A stretch of 63,955 nt of DNA, counting the filler, from Lenisia limosa (taxonomy: Eukaryota > Protista > Breviatea): NCBI GenBank assembly GCA_001655205.1. It is 8 parts of 8 records of this genome, joined end to end, with 100 filler letters (N's around TTAATTAATTAA, not from the genome) between each part and the next. Parts side by side here need not be neighbours in the genome. Positions count along the whole stretch, not along the records: positions 35,892 to 39,301 come from LPNZ01002950.1; positions 39,402 to 62,693 come from LPNZ01002451.1; 6 more parts are not named here. One strand, 5' to 3'. Both the position numbers and the translations under genes were made by a program. Numbering within the stretch: the stretch's first letter is position 1; the number at the start of each line of letters is the position of its first letter. The notes below the pieces were generated by a model. The model saw only the letters and a program-made list of their open reading frames with translations. It was not told the DNA's origin and made no database searches. Shown here one piece after another: positions 35,792-47,400 of the stretch.

Positions 35792-35891
35792 NNNNNNNNN
35801 NNNNNNNNNNNNNNNNNNNNNNNNNNNNNNNNNNNTTAATTAATTAANNNNNNNNNNNNNNNNNNNNNNNNNNNNNNNNNNNNNNNNNNNN

Positions 35892-37244
35892 GAAAATTGA
35901 GCACCATACACACCTTGACTCAGCCATCATAGCCGCGGCCTGGACCAGAAGAGCGTTTTGATGATCACTGTTGTAAGCGCGTGCATAGGCCACATTGTCA
36001 AGGACATCTTGGGGATTGAGTCCGTATCTACAAGATTAAGGAAAAATTGGATTCAGGTAAAAAAAAATGAGAGAAAAAGGCAGATGAAAACCACCTAACC
36101 CCCGTGACAAGTTACCTATTATGTTGCTGTTCCTCACCCATACCTCTCGGCAATAGCAACCAGTCTTTCGGGACGGAAGGTTCCCTCAGTATCCACGTAC
36201 AGAGCCTTGCCTTCTCCACCTTGGTTCTGAACTGGCAGCTGGAGTGGGGGGGGGGGGGGGGNNNNNNNNNNNNNNNNNNNNNNNNNNNNNNNNNNNNNNN
36301 NNNNNNNNNNNNNNNNNNNNNNNNNNNNNNNNNNNNNNNNNNNNNNNNNNNNNNNNNNNNNNNNNNNNNNNNNNNNNNNNNNNNNNNNNCCTCCCCCTTA
36401 CTTGGCAGGTTACACAGAGAGTATGGCAAATCTGAGTCTTTCCGGTTCTGAACTCTCCAAAGATCTCAGTGATAGACCCTGTCTCCATTCCACCTAAAAA
36501 GATCAAAAAAAAACAGTTACAGCAGAACAGAATAGAAGCTGGCATGAGGAGAGCCAAATAGGATATCATTTCACCTCATCATGAAAAGAAATACTACATA
36601 CCTCCAAGAAGGGTATCAAGTTCTGACGAGCCAGTGGTCATGTAGATGATGTCCTGGCGCTGCTTGTGGTACTCCTAAAGTGAACGGTTAGGACCAATGT
36701 TGCATCATTCACAATTGAAAGGCTTCAATATCCAGACGCACATCAAAATATAAGAAAAAATCTTATAATAGGAAAGTGGTGAAGGGGAGGTGAAACGTAA
36801 CAGTTCAAAAGATACCATGAATAAAACACAGAGTGACAAAATTCTATCATACTGAAGCGGTGGTGAAGCCCATTGGGACAAGCTTTGAGGATTCTGTCAG
36901 GATTTTATCAGCCTTAGCTTCACTAATACCTAAATTAAGTGTGAGAAGACCAGAAAGGGAAGATAGATATTCAACAAAAGCTTGAAAATAGATCAAAACA
37001 CACCTTTAACAGCCATCAGTGCCTTCTTTGTGGTGTAAGCAATACTCTCAACAGTATGGTAACCACCTTCCATGAGTTTCTTGACATCAGTGGCAGAAAT
37101 TCCAACAGACTAAAAAAAGTGAAGGAGGTTTACGGGTATTCAATATCATCAAATGCGTCTAACCTCTAAGTTGCTGATAGGGAGAGGTCCAGATTCTTCA
37201 TATTCTTCTTCAACAACTTCAACTTGCTCCTGTGCGGCTGCCAT
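35892..37244 (-). CDS. RAD51: DNA repair recombinase RAD51, N-terminal two-thirds
   Basis: Seven exons: [114 protein letters not shown]; cut at the spacer. Confidence 0.96.
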
Positions 37245-37440
37245 CTTGAGGAATAAGTCTTAAAACGATATAAAATCATCACTTACATTTAATACTAACA
37301 ATGTAAGGATTTAAAAAGTGTTGAAAGAATAATAAAAAAATGCTTAAATAGTATTTACGATATTAGACTTGCTTTTTAGTGAATTTTATTTGTTGAAAAG
37401 TTCTTTTATTGTTTTTTTGATTAATACAGTAATTACCAAA

Positions 37441-39301
37441 ATGAACATGGATTTGGATATGCTAAAGAAGCTGGCTGAGAACCCAGAAGGCGCCGCACTC
37501 CTTGAGCAAGTAGGTCTTTTCTTGTGTAAATGAGCAGGTTTCTAACGAGTTTAAGATGATGGCAGGCATGGACTTCCTGTCAGTGCTTCCTCCTAACATC
37601 CGCCGTCGTGCTAACGCTCTTAAGGAACTTGACGTGGGTTTGGGAGGCCATTTATGATGGACTACTCATTTATGATTCTTTTAAAAGGAGTTTCTTCAAC
37701 AATTCAAGATTTTCATATGCCATTATGTAAGACTGATCATAACTATATTGTGGGGAAAATTAATGTATGCTTCATAGATCTGTTGTTTTAAAAAATGACC
37801 TATGAAGTTTAGGGAAAATGTGCTTTGTTACATCAAACAATTTTTATCATATCGAAGCGGGTAATAGTAAGACAATTTTCAACATCCTCCTGTGACTTCG
37901 TAGGAGGAGTACCTTCAGAAGGTTTCCGAGGCCGAAACTAAGTCCATGGAGCTGAATGAGAAGTACAGCGAGAAGCTGGCTCCTCTTATGAAAAAGGTGT
38001 GGAGGGTGTACGGCGTTCGCTTGCTTAATGTCTTGTAAATCATCGTATTGACTCTGTAAAACGCACAAACAAAATACACATTCTGCGATACATTGAGTGG
38101 TGCTGAGGAGGGGGGTGAGTATAAAGGCTTATTAGCTACTGTGTAATATTTTGTGGTGATTGAATTAACTGTACTTGAGGATGAATAAAGGGAATGGCTC
38201 TTATGAGATGCAAAAATGAAATACGTTCTCGTGTTGAGCAACAGTACCATACCTGATTGTATCCTTCTGTCGAATAATAATTTGGCCTTGCAGTCTTGTT
38301 CCATGTTCTTCTTATTATTTAGGTTGACTCTATCATCAGTGGTGAGTATGAACCCGAAGCCCCCCCTGCATCTGATGAAGATGAGGAGGACGAAGAAGAA
38401 GAGAAGGAGGGTGATGATGTCAAGGGTATCCCAGAGTACTGGCTTACTGTCTTGCAGAACACCGTGAGTGGAATTAAAGGGGTTGTGTAGTGCAATAGTT
38501 TTTACTTTTTTTGTTGTATTTGATGATTCAGCAGTGTTTATTGAAATCCCTTTACCCTCACAGGTGTCAGACTTGATTTCTGAGCCAGATTTTGATCTTT
38601 TGGAGAAACTTATTGCCATGCGCACTTCATACAAAAACAAGGGATCCGTATGGGGGCGTTTTCTCTTGGCTTCTGCTATGAGTATATTTCTTTTCAGAGT
38701 AGCGGTCTCTATTCCAGACTACCACCACCATTTGGCACATGACAGTTTAGACCGTCAGACTTGAGTTCGAATTCTCCGAGAACGACTTCATCACTGAGAA
38801 GGTGGGATCAGTCTTCGGGTTATTTTGAGGGATTGGGCTTCACTGGGGTACTGGAAATGCCTGTTTTCTTATTCATTGCCAATAAATATCCATTTTGTCT
38901 CCTTTTCAATGCCTTTTGTGATCAGATAAAATAAAATACTAATGGGGGAGGGGGGTCAATACGAGTGAAACTGTGATCACTAATCTTCTTACGATACAGA
39001 CTCTCTGGATTGAGCTTGATGTGAGTGCGGATGACAGTGCTGAGTCAGCCTTCTTAGACTACCGCTCAGGTGGAATTGAGTTCAAATCTACCGACAAGAA
39101 CCTCTGCTATGAGGTGACCGAGAAGAAGCAGAGGAACAAGAAGAGTGGGCGGGAGTATTGATGAATGAAGTCTCTTTGAAAAACTATTTTTTTGCTTGTT
39201 TGAATGGATTTCATTTGCCAGTTTTATTTCCCATCCCACCATCACATTTCCCATCCTCACATTTCCCATCCCACCACCCCCACCATCACATTTCCCATCC
39301 T
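37441..39301 (+). CDS. NAP1: Nucleosome assembly protein 1 (3' end lost)
   Basis: LPPNIRRRANALKELD, LNEKYSEKLAPL, DVKGIPEYWLTVLQN, LEFEFSENDFITEK and KNLCYEVTEKKQRNKKSG are NAP1 family motifs. Confidence 0.92.
37670..38549 (-). CDS. Putative small gene interleaved antisense within NAP1 introns
   Basis: Six GT-AG exons (38549-38506, about 38310-38253, 38102-38092, 38053-38012, 37889-37839, 37732-37670), all inside NAP1 introns and phase-consistent. Confidence 0.55.
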
Positions 39302-39401
39302 NNNNNNNNNNNNNNNNNNNNNNNNNNNNNNNNNNNNNNNNNNNNTTAATTAATTAANNNNNNNNNNNNNNNNNNNNNNNNNNNNNNNNNNNNNNNNNNN
39401 N

Positions 39402-39557
39402 TGACCCTGATGACAAGAAGGCTGGAGGCTATGAAAGGCCAAAGGTAAGCAGTGATTTTCAACCGCCACGTTTTGACCCTCCAAGACCGCTGGGATGCGG
39501 CGCAGGCCGTCAAGAACTTCAATGACAATGGGCATTGAAAAGGTGGAGGAGGAGTAG
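39402..39557 (+). CDS. C-terminal fragment of an unidentified gene
   Basis: DPDDKKAGGYERPK|41-nt intron|TAGMRRRPSRTSMTMGIEKVEEE*. Confidence 0.35.
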
Positions 39558-39653
39558 TAGTGTTTCTTTTGTTTCTTATCATTTATTTGCACTTCTTTTT
39601 GAACCCTTTCAAAACTGTCCATTTTCAACACCAAACCAAACACCAAAGTTGGT

Positions 39654-41183
39654 CTACTTCGCTGTGGCAGCTGTTTTGAAGAAGTTCATAGTCTGGATAA
39701 CCCGCTCTTGACAGCCGTCTGCCAACACACCGCATAGCAATATCTCATCAAGTAGCATATAGGCCTCATCCAGGTTGTACATGATCTGAGCGGTCAATGG
39801 CAACGTAGCAGCCCCCCCCCCTTCAGATTTACTTCATGTACATATACTATATGTAAAATATGAAGCTATATCATATGAATGATATGATATATAATCCAAA
39901 AGGTATTACCTTCACTTCGTATGCATGGTATTTCAAGTCCACAAAACTCGTATGGGTCCATTTTTATTGGAAAAGGGACAAATACGCCAGTTATCTAAAG
40001 AACCAAAATAGAATTATTGTAAGTATATGATATCGTATATCGAATTTGCACAAGGTATACATATTACTATAACTGCTCTTCTATTCCCCAGTTCGAAATA
40101 CTACACGCATAAAATAAGCTCCTTCACTCACGACCAGACACCACCACTTACATCAAGCTCGCACTAAAATGTTAGACTTCAAAGGTCCAAGAGCAGAGAA
40201 GAAATTGAAAAGAGAATAGCATTGCATACCACTCTGTCGAAGTGTCTATCGAAGGTCTCCACAACATGGTGGATCATCTCATGAACAGCCATTTCATTCT
40301 ATACAGAAGTCAAGGCACACCTCCATATTTCATGTTGAATACAACATGAGCGTTGGTTCCAATATACTTAGATGAAACGAAGAATCAATTGATAAAACAC
40401 GAGAAAGGGAGACATCTAAGTAGGCCAAAACCTTTTATTTCCTTAACAAAAATATTGCTCGGTATGAATGAGTGTATTTGGCTGCTCATTTGGTATGCAT
40501 GAGTGTATTTGTCTGCTCACTTGGTATGAATGAGTGTATTTGGCTGCTCACTTGGTATGAATGAGTATTTGTCTGCCCACTTGGTATGAATGAGTGTATT
40601 TGTCTGCCCACTTGGTATGAATGAGTTTGTATTTGTCTGATTTTGAAGATTTAATAAATATCCCGACAACGTACCTTGTTTAATTCTGTATTTGATATTG
40701 AGAACTAACTATAAGCACAAAATAAGTTTGGGAAAGCAGTACAGCTTGCTTTAACACAGAACATTCCTTCCTACCTCATCTTCATCACACCCGACAATAA
40801 AGAACAGACTTGCGTATCTGCGGTACACGATGCGGTAATCTCGGAACTCAAGAAACGATGACTGTTTGGTAAGATGTTAGAGAGGAAACATGTCATATAG
40901 ACGCGCTGCCGCGTTGCAATAAAAGGGGGGTCTCCTCAAAGGTATTTATGTCACGAATTACACAAAAAACAAGGACTCTGAGAACACAAAATAAGCAACC
41001 AACCAATCCAGCACTTCTTTGGAGACATAGTCTGACCAGCTCGCCTTCAAGCAACGACCTCTCAGAGTGTGAAATGTCAGTGTAGTACCGACAAATCCTT
41101 GTTTGCCTATATAGCAGTTATAATGAAAGAAAGAAGGGACAAACTAACCCCTGCTTGTTGACCAGGAGGAAAAACTTGATCAT
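39654..41183 (-). CDS. AP4S1: AP-4 complex subunit sigma
   Basis: MIKFFLLVNKQGQTRICRYY..SFLEFRDYRIVYRRYASLFFIVGCDEDE|NEMAVHEMIHHVVETFDRHFDRV|CELD|IMYNLDEAYMLLDEILLCG; the MIKFFL.VNKQGQTR and NEMA features point to sigma-4. Confidence 0.9.
40461..40640. repeat. About 31-nt tandem array x6 in an AP4S1 intron
   Basis: GGTATGAATGAGTGTATTTG(G/T)CTGC(T/C)CACTT units. Confidence 0.92.
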
Positions 41184-41480
41184 TGTTTCAGAGAATCTGT
41201 AACTACTTGTTTGTTTTGAATTTGATAGATAGTCTTTACCACGTTTATCGTTTTAAATAGGCTTTTTCAGGACGTTTCACGTTTTTTTTTTTTTTTCACA
41301 TTAATCCCGCTGCCGCGACAAGCCCTTGTTTTTTTTCCTGCTCTTTCATATTACCAACATATTACTGCGCCACACAAGGACACGTTATCACCGGGTTATC
41401 ACACAGTGTGAAGTAACAAGAAATACCTAATAAGCCACAAATCCGCCTGCCCCCATCATCAGATCACACAATGACATAAG

Positions 41481-44400
41481 ATGTCACAATCGCCCTTTGG
41501 GCTTGCTGACCTGAAGGCAGCAGTCCAGTCCGCCACTGCTGACCCTTCTATCGACAGGTATGCTCATGCTAAGCTTCAGTTTGGAGAGGCGATAGGTTCC
41601 AAGGAACTACTGCCATCATGCAAAGCAGCAAAGAAAGCTGCCGATACTGACTGTTTAGGCTGGACTCGGACCTCAAAAAGTGGGGCCAAGTCCGCACCAA
41701 AGTTCGAAATACTCTTTCGTCAGCTGAGTCCGCCAGGTTCCTCTATGTGGGCAAGTCCGTGATGGGAGAACTGGATTGTTTCTTTTCCAGGCTGTGCGTC
41801 TCACGCCCTAGGATATCCCTCGAAATGCACCCTCCCCCAACTCTCTTTCGAGACAGCCCCATATCTCACCCAAACAGTCTCTTAAAACTACTCTTCCGGT
41901 AAGAACCTCATGCTAAGCTTCCCTATGGTCCGAAAAAGATATTGATATTTGCTAATTTTAATAGAGAAATTCAGTCTTTTTTTTTTTTTGGATTATTACT
42001 CAAAATACAATCCATCTGATCAATCCAAAAATAATTCGTTCAAGGCAACCCAGAAGCGCCTAACTTCAACTTCACTTTCAAATTCCAACCCCCCACCACC
42101 CAGCCTCTCTCAGGCACACAATGTAAGCTGTCTTACTGTTGAATGTTCTTTTCTTTCTCTCAAACGCTGCAAGTCACAATCCTGTTTACTCTCCAGTTGG
42201 ACTCCTTTATTGACCTACAAATGTCGACTTCTGAATCAACATCCCACTCCAGTCTACCACCAATACCGTTGGCCCAGCTCCCTTCATCCCCGAAGAAGAG
42301 TGGGTGCATTATGAGCGTTGATATGATGTTCCTTTTCAAAATAGGTTCAACCCTTACAAGCCCAGAGGAAGAGAAAGAAACCCGTCCTGTCGGAGATGAC
42401 GCTGGTATTCGATAGTAGGACCGCTTGCCTTCTTATGAAAACCACTCATTCATGACGATATTTTTCATTCTTTAGCTCAAGCTTCTTTGACAAGTCTGCC
42501 TTTAACATCAGTCCTAGTCAACTCCATTTCTTTGCTGCCAAAAATCCGGTTTGTATTGGGAAGCCCAAGATATAATTGTTCTGTTCAATATTGCTTCGTA
42601 ACGACTTCAGGTTTCCCTTTCGCAGTCTCTTGAAGAACCAAAAGCCAAGGAAGTTCACAGTGAGTGCTTTTGATTACTTTATTGACTTGCAGTTGGGGAG
42701 CACCGAACAGAGGAAGGGCATTCAGTGCACAGTCTCAACTTAGCTGCAAGGTATAGTACAAGGTGGTTGTTAATCTTAATTGGCGAATATATGCTATGCT
42801 AATATAGAAATGATAACAAGGGTGCATCTGGATAAAGCCATCCGTACTATCACCTTCTAAGAGATACTGGATTATGGAAATATGATATTTATTCATCCAA
42901 TCATTTGCGGTGTGCCTGGTGGATTCCAATTGATGTTATATTTAAAATGTGCAAATGCGTTTGATCAATCTGTGGAGCACGTCTTCACCACTTTATATAC
43001 TGTTTGCAATACCAGTGACATGGTGAAAGAGATTAACGAGAATGTATCATGAAAAATGAGTAACTTGAAGGGCAAATTGAAATGCAATAAATTATATACC
43101 ATGTGATGTATCATATTTTAATATGTGTATGGATGGCAAGATTTGTTGTCTAGTTCAATGAGTTATACTTGGCAGCAAGTCGCAAATGGCATCAACCTCA
43201 GTAGTGTCAGAGTGGTACAACCCAATGGCCGAACTACAGGTCTGCTCACTGGTTTTAATTCCATGTTTTCTTTATTACTGCCCATTATTTATCAGGTGTC
43301 TGAAATTGATGATCTCCACAACGTCTTTTCTTGCTATCCAGATGGCATCGACATTCACCAAGTGGGAACCTCGTCCAATATGTTTCCTCGTCCTTCAGTT
43401 TATTCCTTTGTTGTTGATTTCTTTAGTTTGTGAGTGCAGTGATGGATGTGCAAGGGCTCACACATGCCGACATTCCTTCTTCTGGTAAGTCCGTCTAACT
43501 TGGTCCTTTCTTTACAATCCAGATGTTCAAGCTGTTCAGCGGCTTGCTAACTTGTTCCATAGAGTGGATGCAAGACACACCGGGTATAAGGGTAAATACG
43601 GATATTATGGAGGGTTGATTAACTTATCGTTCTCATGGTGGCAGATTAATAACCTGGACGTCTCTTCACGAGCATTTGATGGCTGTCTCCGAACCAACTC
43701 TCAGCCAGCTGCCTGAAAACATGAGTCCATTGAAGGTTTGTTCCCAAGGACATTTGGTGCTCTATTATTCCGAAATATTTTTGAAGTTGTCGATAAACCG
43801 TTGATTCCCCTTAATGAAGTGCCTTTTGTATGAAAAACAATAAAAGTTTATTAGACTGTTTGACCCCGCAGTTTCGCCCCTCAGCCACTGAGACGATGGT
43901 GGAAGGAGCCGACCCCACAAACCTCTTCTACCTTCCAAGTTTGAGAAAAGTAAGCTCACCTTGTGTCGGGCATTTTCTGACCCCCAGGTACTAATGTGTC
44001 AAAATGACGGTGCCATTTCGCTGTGGTCGCCTATTGGCCGCCGACCGGCGCGGCGTTTGGATAGTTCCCATTCAGCAATGGCTGTCACTGCAGGTTGGAG
44101 CGGGGAGAGCCTTCTGCCGTAATAAGAGTGTTACAATATTGTTAGGTCAGTGAATAAAAAGGGGGTTTTTTAAAACGCTCATAAATGCTCTTTTTCTGAT
44201 CATTCTTCAAATTTTCTCCAAAACTAATTGAAGAGAGTTAAAATTGCAAAAACACAATATTTATTGGAGTGTTGACAATTTTCGAAAAGTCCAATTCGTC
44301 CAGTTCACTCCTCTTTTTGCGAGATTGTATTTTTCATTTTAAGCCTTTGACAAATTTAAGCCTTTATAAGTGCAATCTTCGTANNNNNNNNNNNNNNNNN

Positions 44401-47400
44401 NNNNNNNNNNNNNNNNNNNNNNNNNNNNNNNNNNNNNNNNNNNNNNNNNNNNNNNNNNNNNNNNNNNNNNNNNNGTGGGTATGGAGGTTATTGCCATATT
44501 TTTTGAAGAATTCCTTCATACTACCAATTTTGTTCTTTTTTAATTGAAAATAGATCAACAATAAAATTCTGTTTGAATCCCATGAACGCAGGTGCAACTC
44601 TACACAAGCCATCTATACAGCAGCATGGTAACTTTATCAACAAGAGTGGCTATTCATAATCGTTGTGCNNNNNNNNNNNNNNNNNNNNNNNNNNNNNNNN
44701 NNNNNNNNNNNNNNNNNNNNNNNNNNNNNNNNNNNNNNNNNNNNNNNNNNNNNNNNNNNNNNNNNNNNNNNNNNNNNNNNNNNNNNNNNNNNNNNNNNNN
44801 NNNNNNNNNNNNNNNNNNNNNNNNNNNNNNNNNNNNNNNNNNNNNNNNNNNNNNNNNNNNNNNNNNNNNAATTTATGATAATTACAGAACCTCATAATTC
44901 AATTTTCCTTGCTTGAAGCCAATCAACACCAAGGATTCCACCAAATATCCGTCAAGGTGCTGACAGCCCCTTTTACTTGGTAAGAAAGAATAGCCCAGAC
45001 CCCTGTTGACAAACATCAACATGTTCACATATTGTATCTGTTATCTTCATGATATGCTATACCCTGAATATACCTTGTCTTAACTGGTTTAAAATAACCA
45101 AGTAAATCAGGCAAGTAAGCCTAAGTAGCTGACTAAAGTGCCTCAAATTACAAGGTAATCCAAGTTTTAATATGTTGGTAAAAAACGGGCACTATTTTAC
45201 CGAAAGAAGACAGGGGGCATATGACAGACAGATGACAGTAGATAACCATGGTGGTGTTGGGGGCATATGACAGACAGATGACAGTAGATAACCATGGTGG
45301 TGTTGGGGGTAGGTGGACATAACATACGTGTCCTATTTTTATGTCATTTTCCACGTAATGATATGGTACCTTATATCGACTTTATAATTGACAATGGTAC
45401 ACTCTAAATGAACTCTCGTGTTATCTTTATTCATAATTTCGAGTCGAAAATCGGTTATATGAGCCTATCACTAGTGGATATGGATAAACATAGATGTCGT
45501 ACACATAACAAGATTAGGGGGAATATTTCACATAGTACTTGAGAATATGGGTGGACAAGATAGCACAGACGAGTTTTTCAGACTTTTTTTGATATCGTTT
45601 GTCCATATCACACGAGTGGCCACACCTGATGGTAGTTCACATCATTAATTGATTAATAGGGGGTATTACAAGTCATTTTTGACTATTTTAGGTTGGAGCT
45701 CTCGTGAATAGTTTTATGTTGTCTTGTTTCTCTTATTTTATTTTTGAAATACATTTTTTACTCTCTTGTCCATCGTTTCCGAGAAGAAAAGTACACTAAG
45801 ACGGAACAAAAAGAAAACTATCCTCAAAATCAAGACATTTTTCAAAAACTAGGCCCCCTTTTATTCACTTGGGCCACTTTTTCTGCACTGATCCTTTTAT
45901 AATTTCTCGTCGGTATGAAAAATAACAAAAAGTAGTGGGAATTTACCTGTATCATAAAATGGCTTCGACTGATCCCCCACCTGTTTCTTATACCTTTCAA
46001 TTGCCATGTAACCTTGTCAGTACATTGCTCCGAGTCAAAGAGGGTGGCTACGAGTGCCACAGATCGAACCATTGTCTTCTGGGACGAGGCAACTTTCGTT
46101 AAAGCTCGAGTGGTAAGTCTTTGCTGTCATATTTCCCGGGGCCTTTTGTTGAGATTTGCTGCTGTTTACCACGAGGTCCGCTGTCCTTCAGTCATGCTCT
46201 CAATGGCATGGTACGGGCCTTCACGCACCATCTTTACTGGAGACAAACAAGGAAAACTCCACACCTTTTCTGCTGACAAGGTACTGTCAGCGCGTCAGAA
46301 ATTTGACCTCTTAGTATACAATGATTAACAGTATGGCGGCTCACAGTGACTGGATCTCTGCACTTCTCTCGTTACCTGATTTGGGGCTTTTGGTCTCTGC
46401 TTCTCAGGTCAGTACCTGGTATCAAGTCCCCTTTTTTATGTGCTCTATTATTTGTATCACACACAACCAAAATAGCATCAACGTTTTAAGTTTCGTCCTA
46501 ATATGTTCCCAGGACACGACAGTAAAAGTATGGGATGCTGCAACCTCTTCTCGAAGGCGGGTTTTATCAGGACATAAAAAAGTAAGTTTTTACTATTATA
46601 TTGTCAGTACAATTGGGATAGAGTTACCATATTAGGCAGTTTCCGCTTTGGGTTGGTCCCGTGACACTCGTCTTGTTGTTTCAGCTGCTAATCGTGACGT
46701 GTTACTTTGGAATCCTTTTGTCTCAGGGACCCTCCACAGTCTTACTGGCCATGAGAAGGTAGAAAGAAGTTCAAAGAGCTTTTTTTATTATTTCGTAGGC
46801 AGTTGTGGGAGTATACCCAGTAGAAGGCACGTATGAAGTGGTCACAATCGATCGGTTGGTCTCCCCTGTTCCCCTCTGTCTTTTCTTGTGTTCCTGCGAT
46901 GTTTGATGTGGTCCAACTCTTCTAGATCGGCAACAGCGCATATTTACGACTTACGAACGTACCAACTTGTTCTCTCAGTTGCGCCCAAAATGGAATCGCC
47001 ATGCCCGGAGGTTATTTCAGCCTGTTTCGACACTGCTAATAGGGTGAGGCTTTGTCAAGGGGTTGAGGCTTTGTTAACTGTATAGCAACTGATCATGGGT
47101 GCAGCATATCCGTCACCAAGCCTTTTGTGGTGGAATGCCAGCGCGGAGACAGAGCTTCACTGCGCTTCTCTCCACCCTATCCGAAGGTAGGACAGGAATC
47201 TTGTGAACTATCATTGGATTTGGTTCAAAGCTGTTGGTTACCGATTTAGTGCATTCTTCCTTCCGTCTCTTCCTGGCTTCTTTGTCACGACGTTCGATGA
47301 GGTTGGTAACTTGTAACACTTGTCGATGTGTCTCTGACCATGAAGGTGACAATCTGGTCACGGTCCTCTGGCCTCCTGGAGAGAAGGGCAGTAATCACTC

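Noticed and set aside
35394-37244. RAD51-helicase fusion gene
   Set aside because: The two parts are separated by an artificial spacer; RAD51 lacks its C-terminus and MTR4 lacks nearly everything else.
35892-37244. DMC1 rather than RAD51
   Set aside because: The [22 protein letters not shown](L)..[11 protein letters not shown] and [11 protein letters not shown] segments follow the RAD51 pattern.
37915-38640. 241-aa minus-strand ORF as one intronless gene
   Set aside because: It runs antisense through NAP1 exons with low-complexity mirror content; only the intron-contained parts have splice signals and are reported as an interleaved gene.
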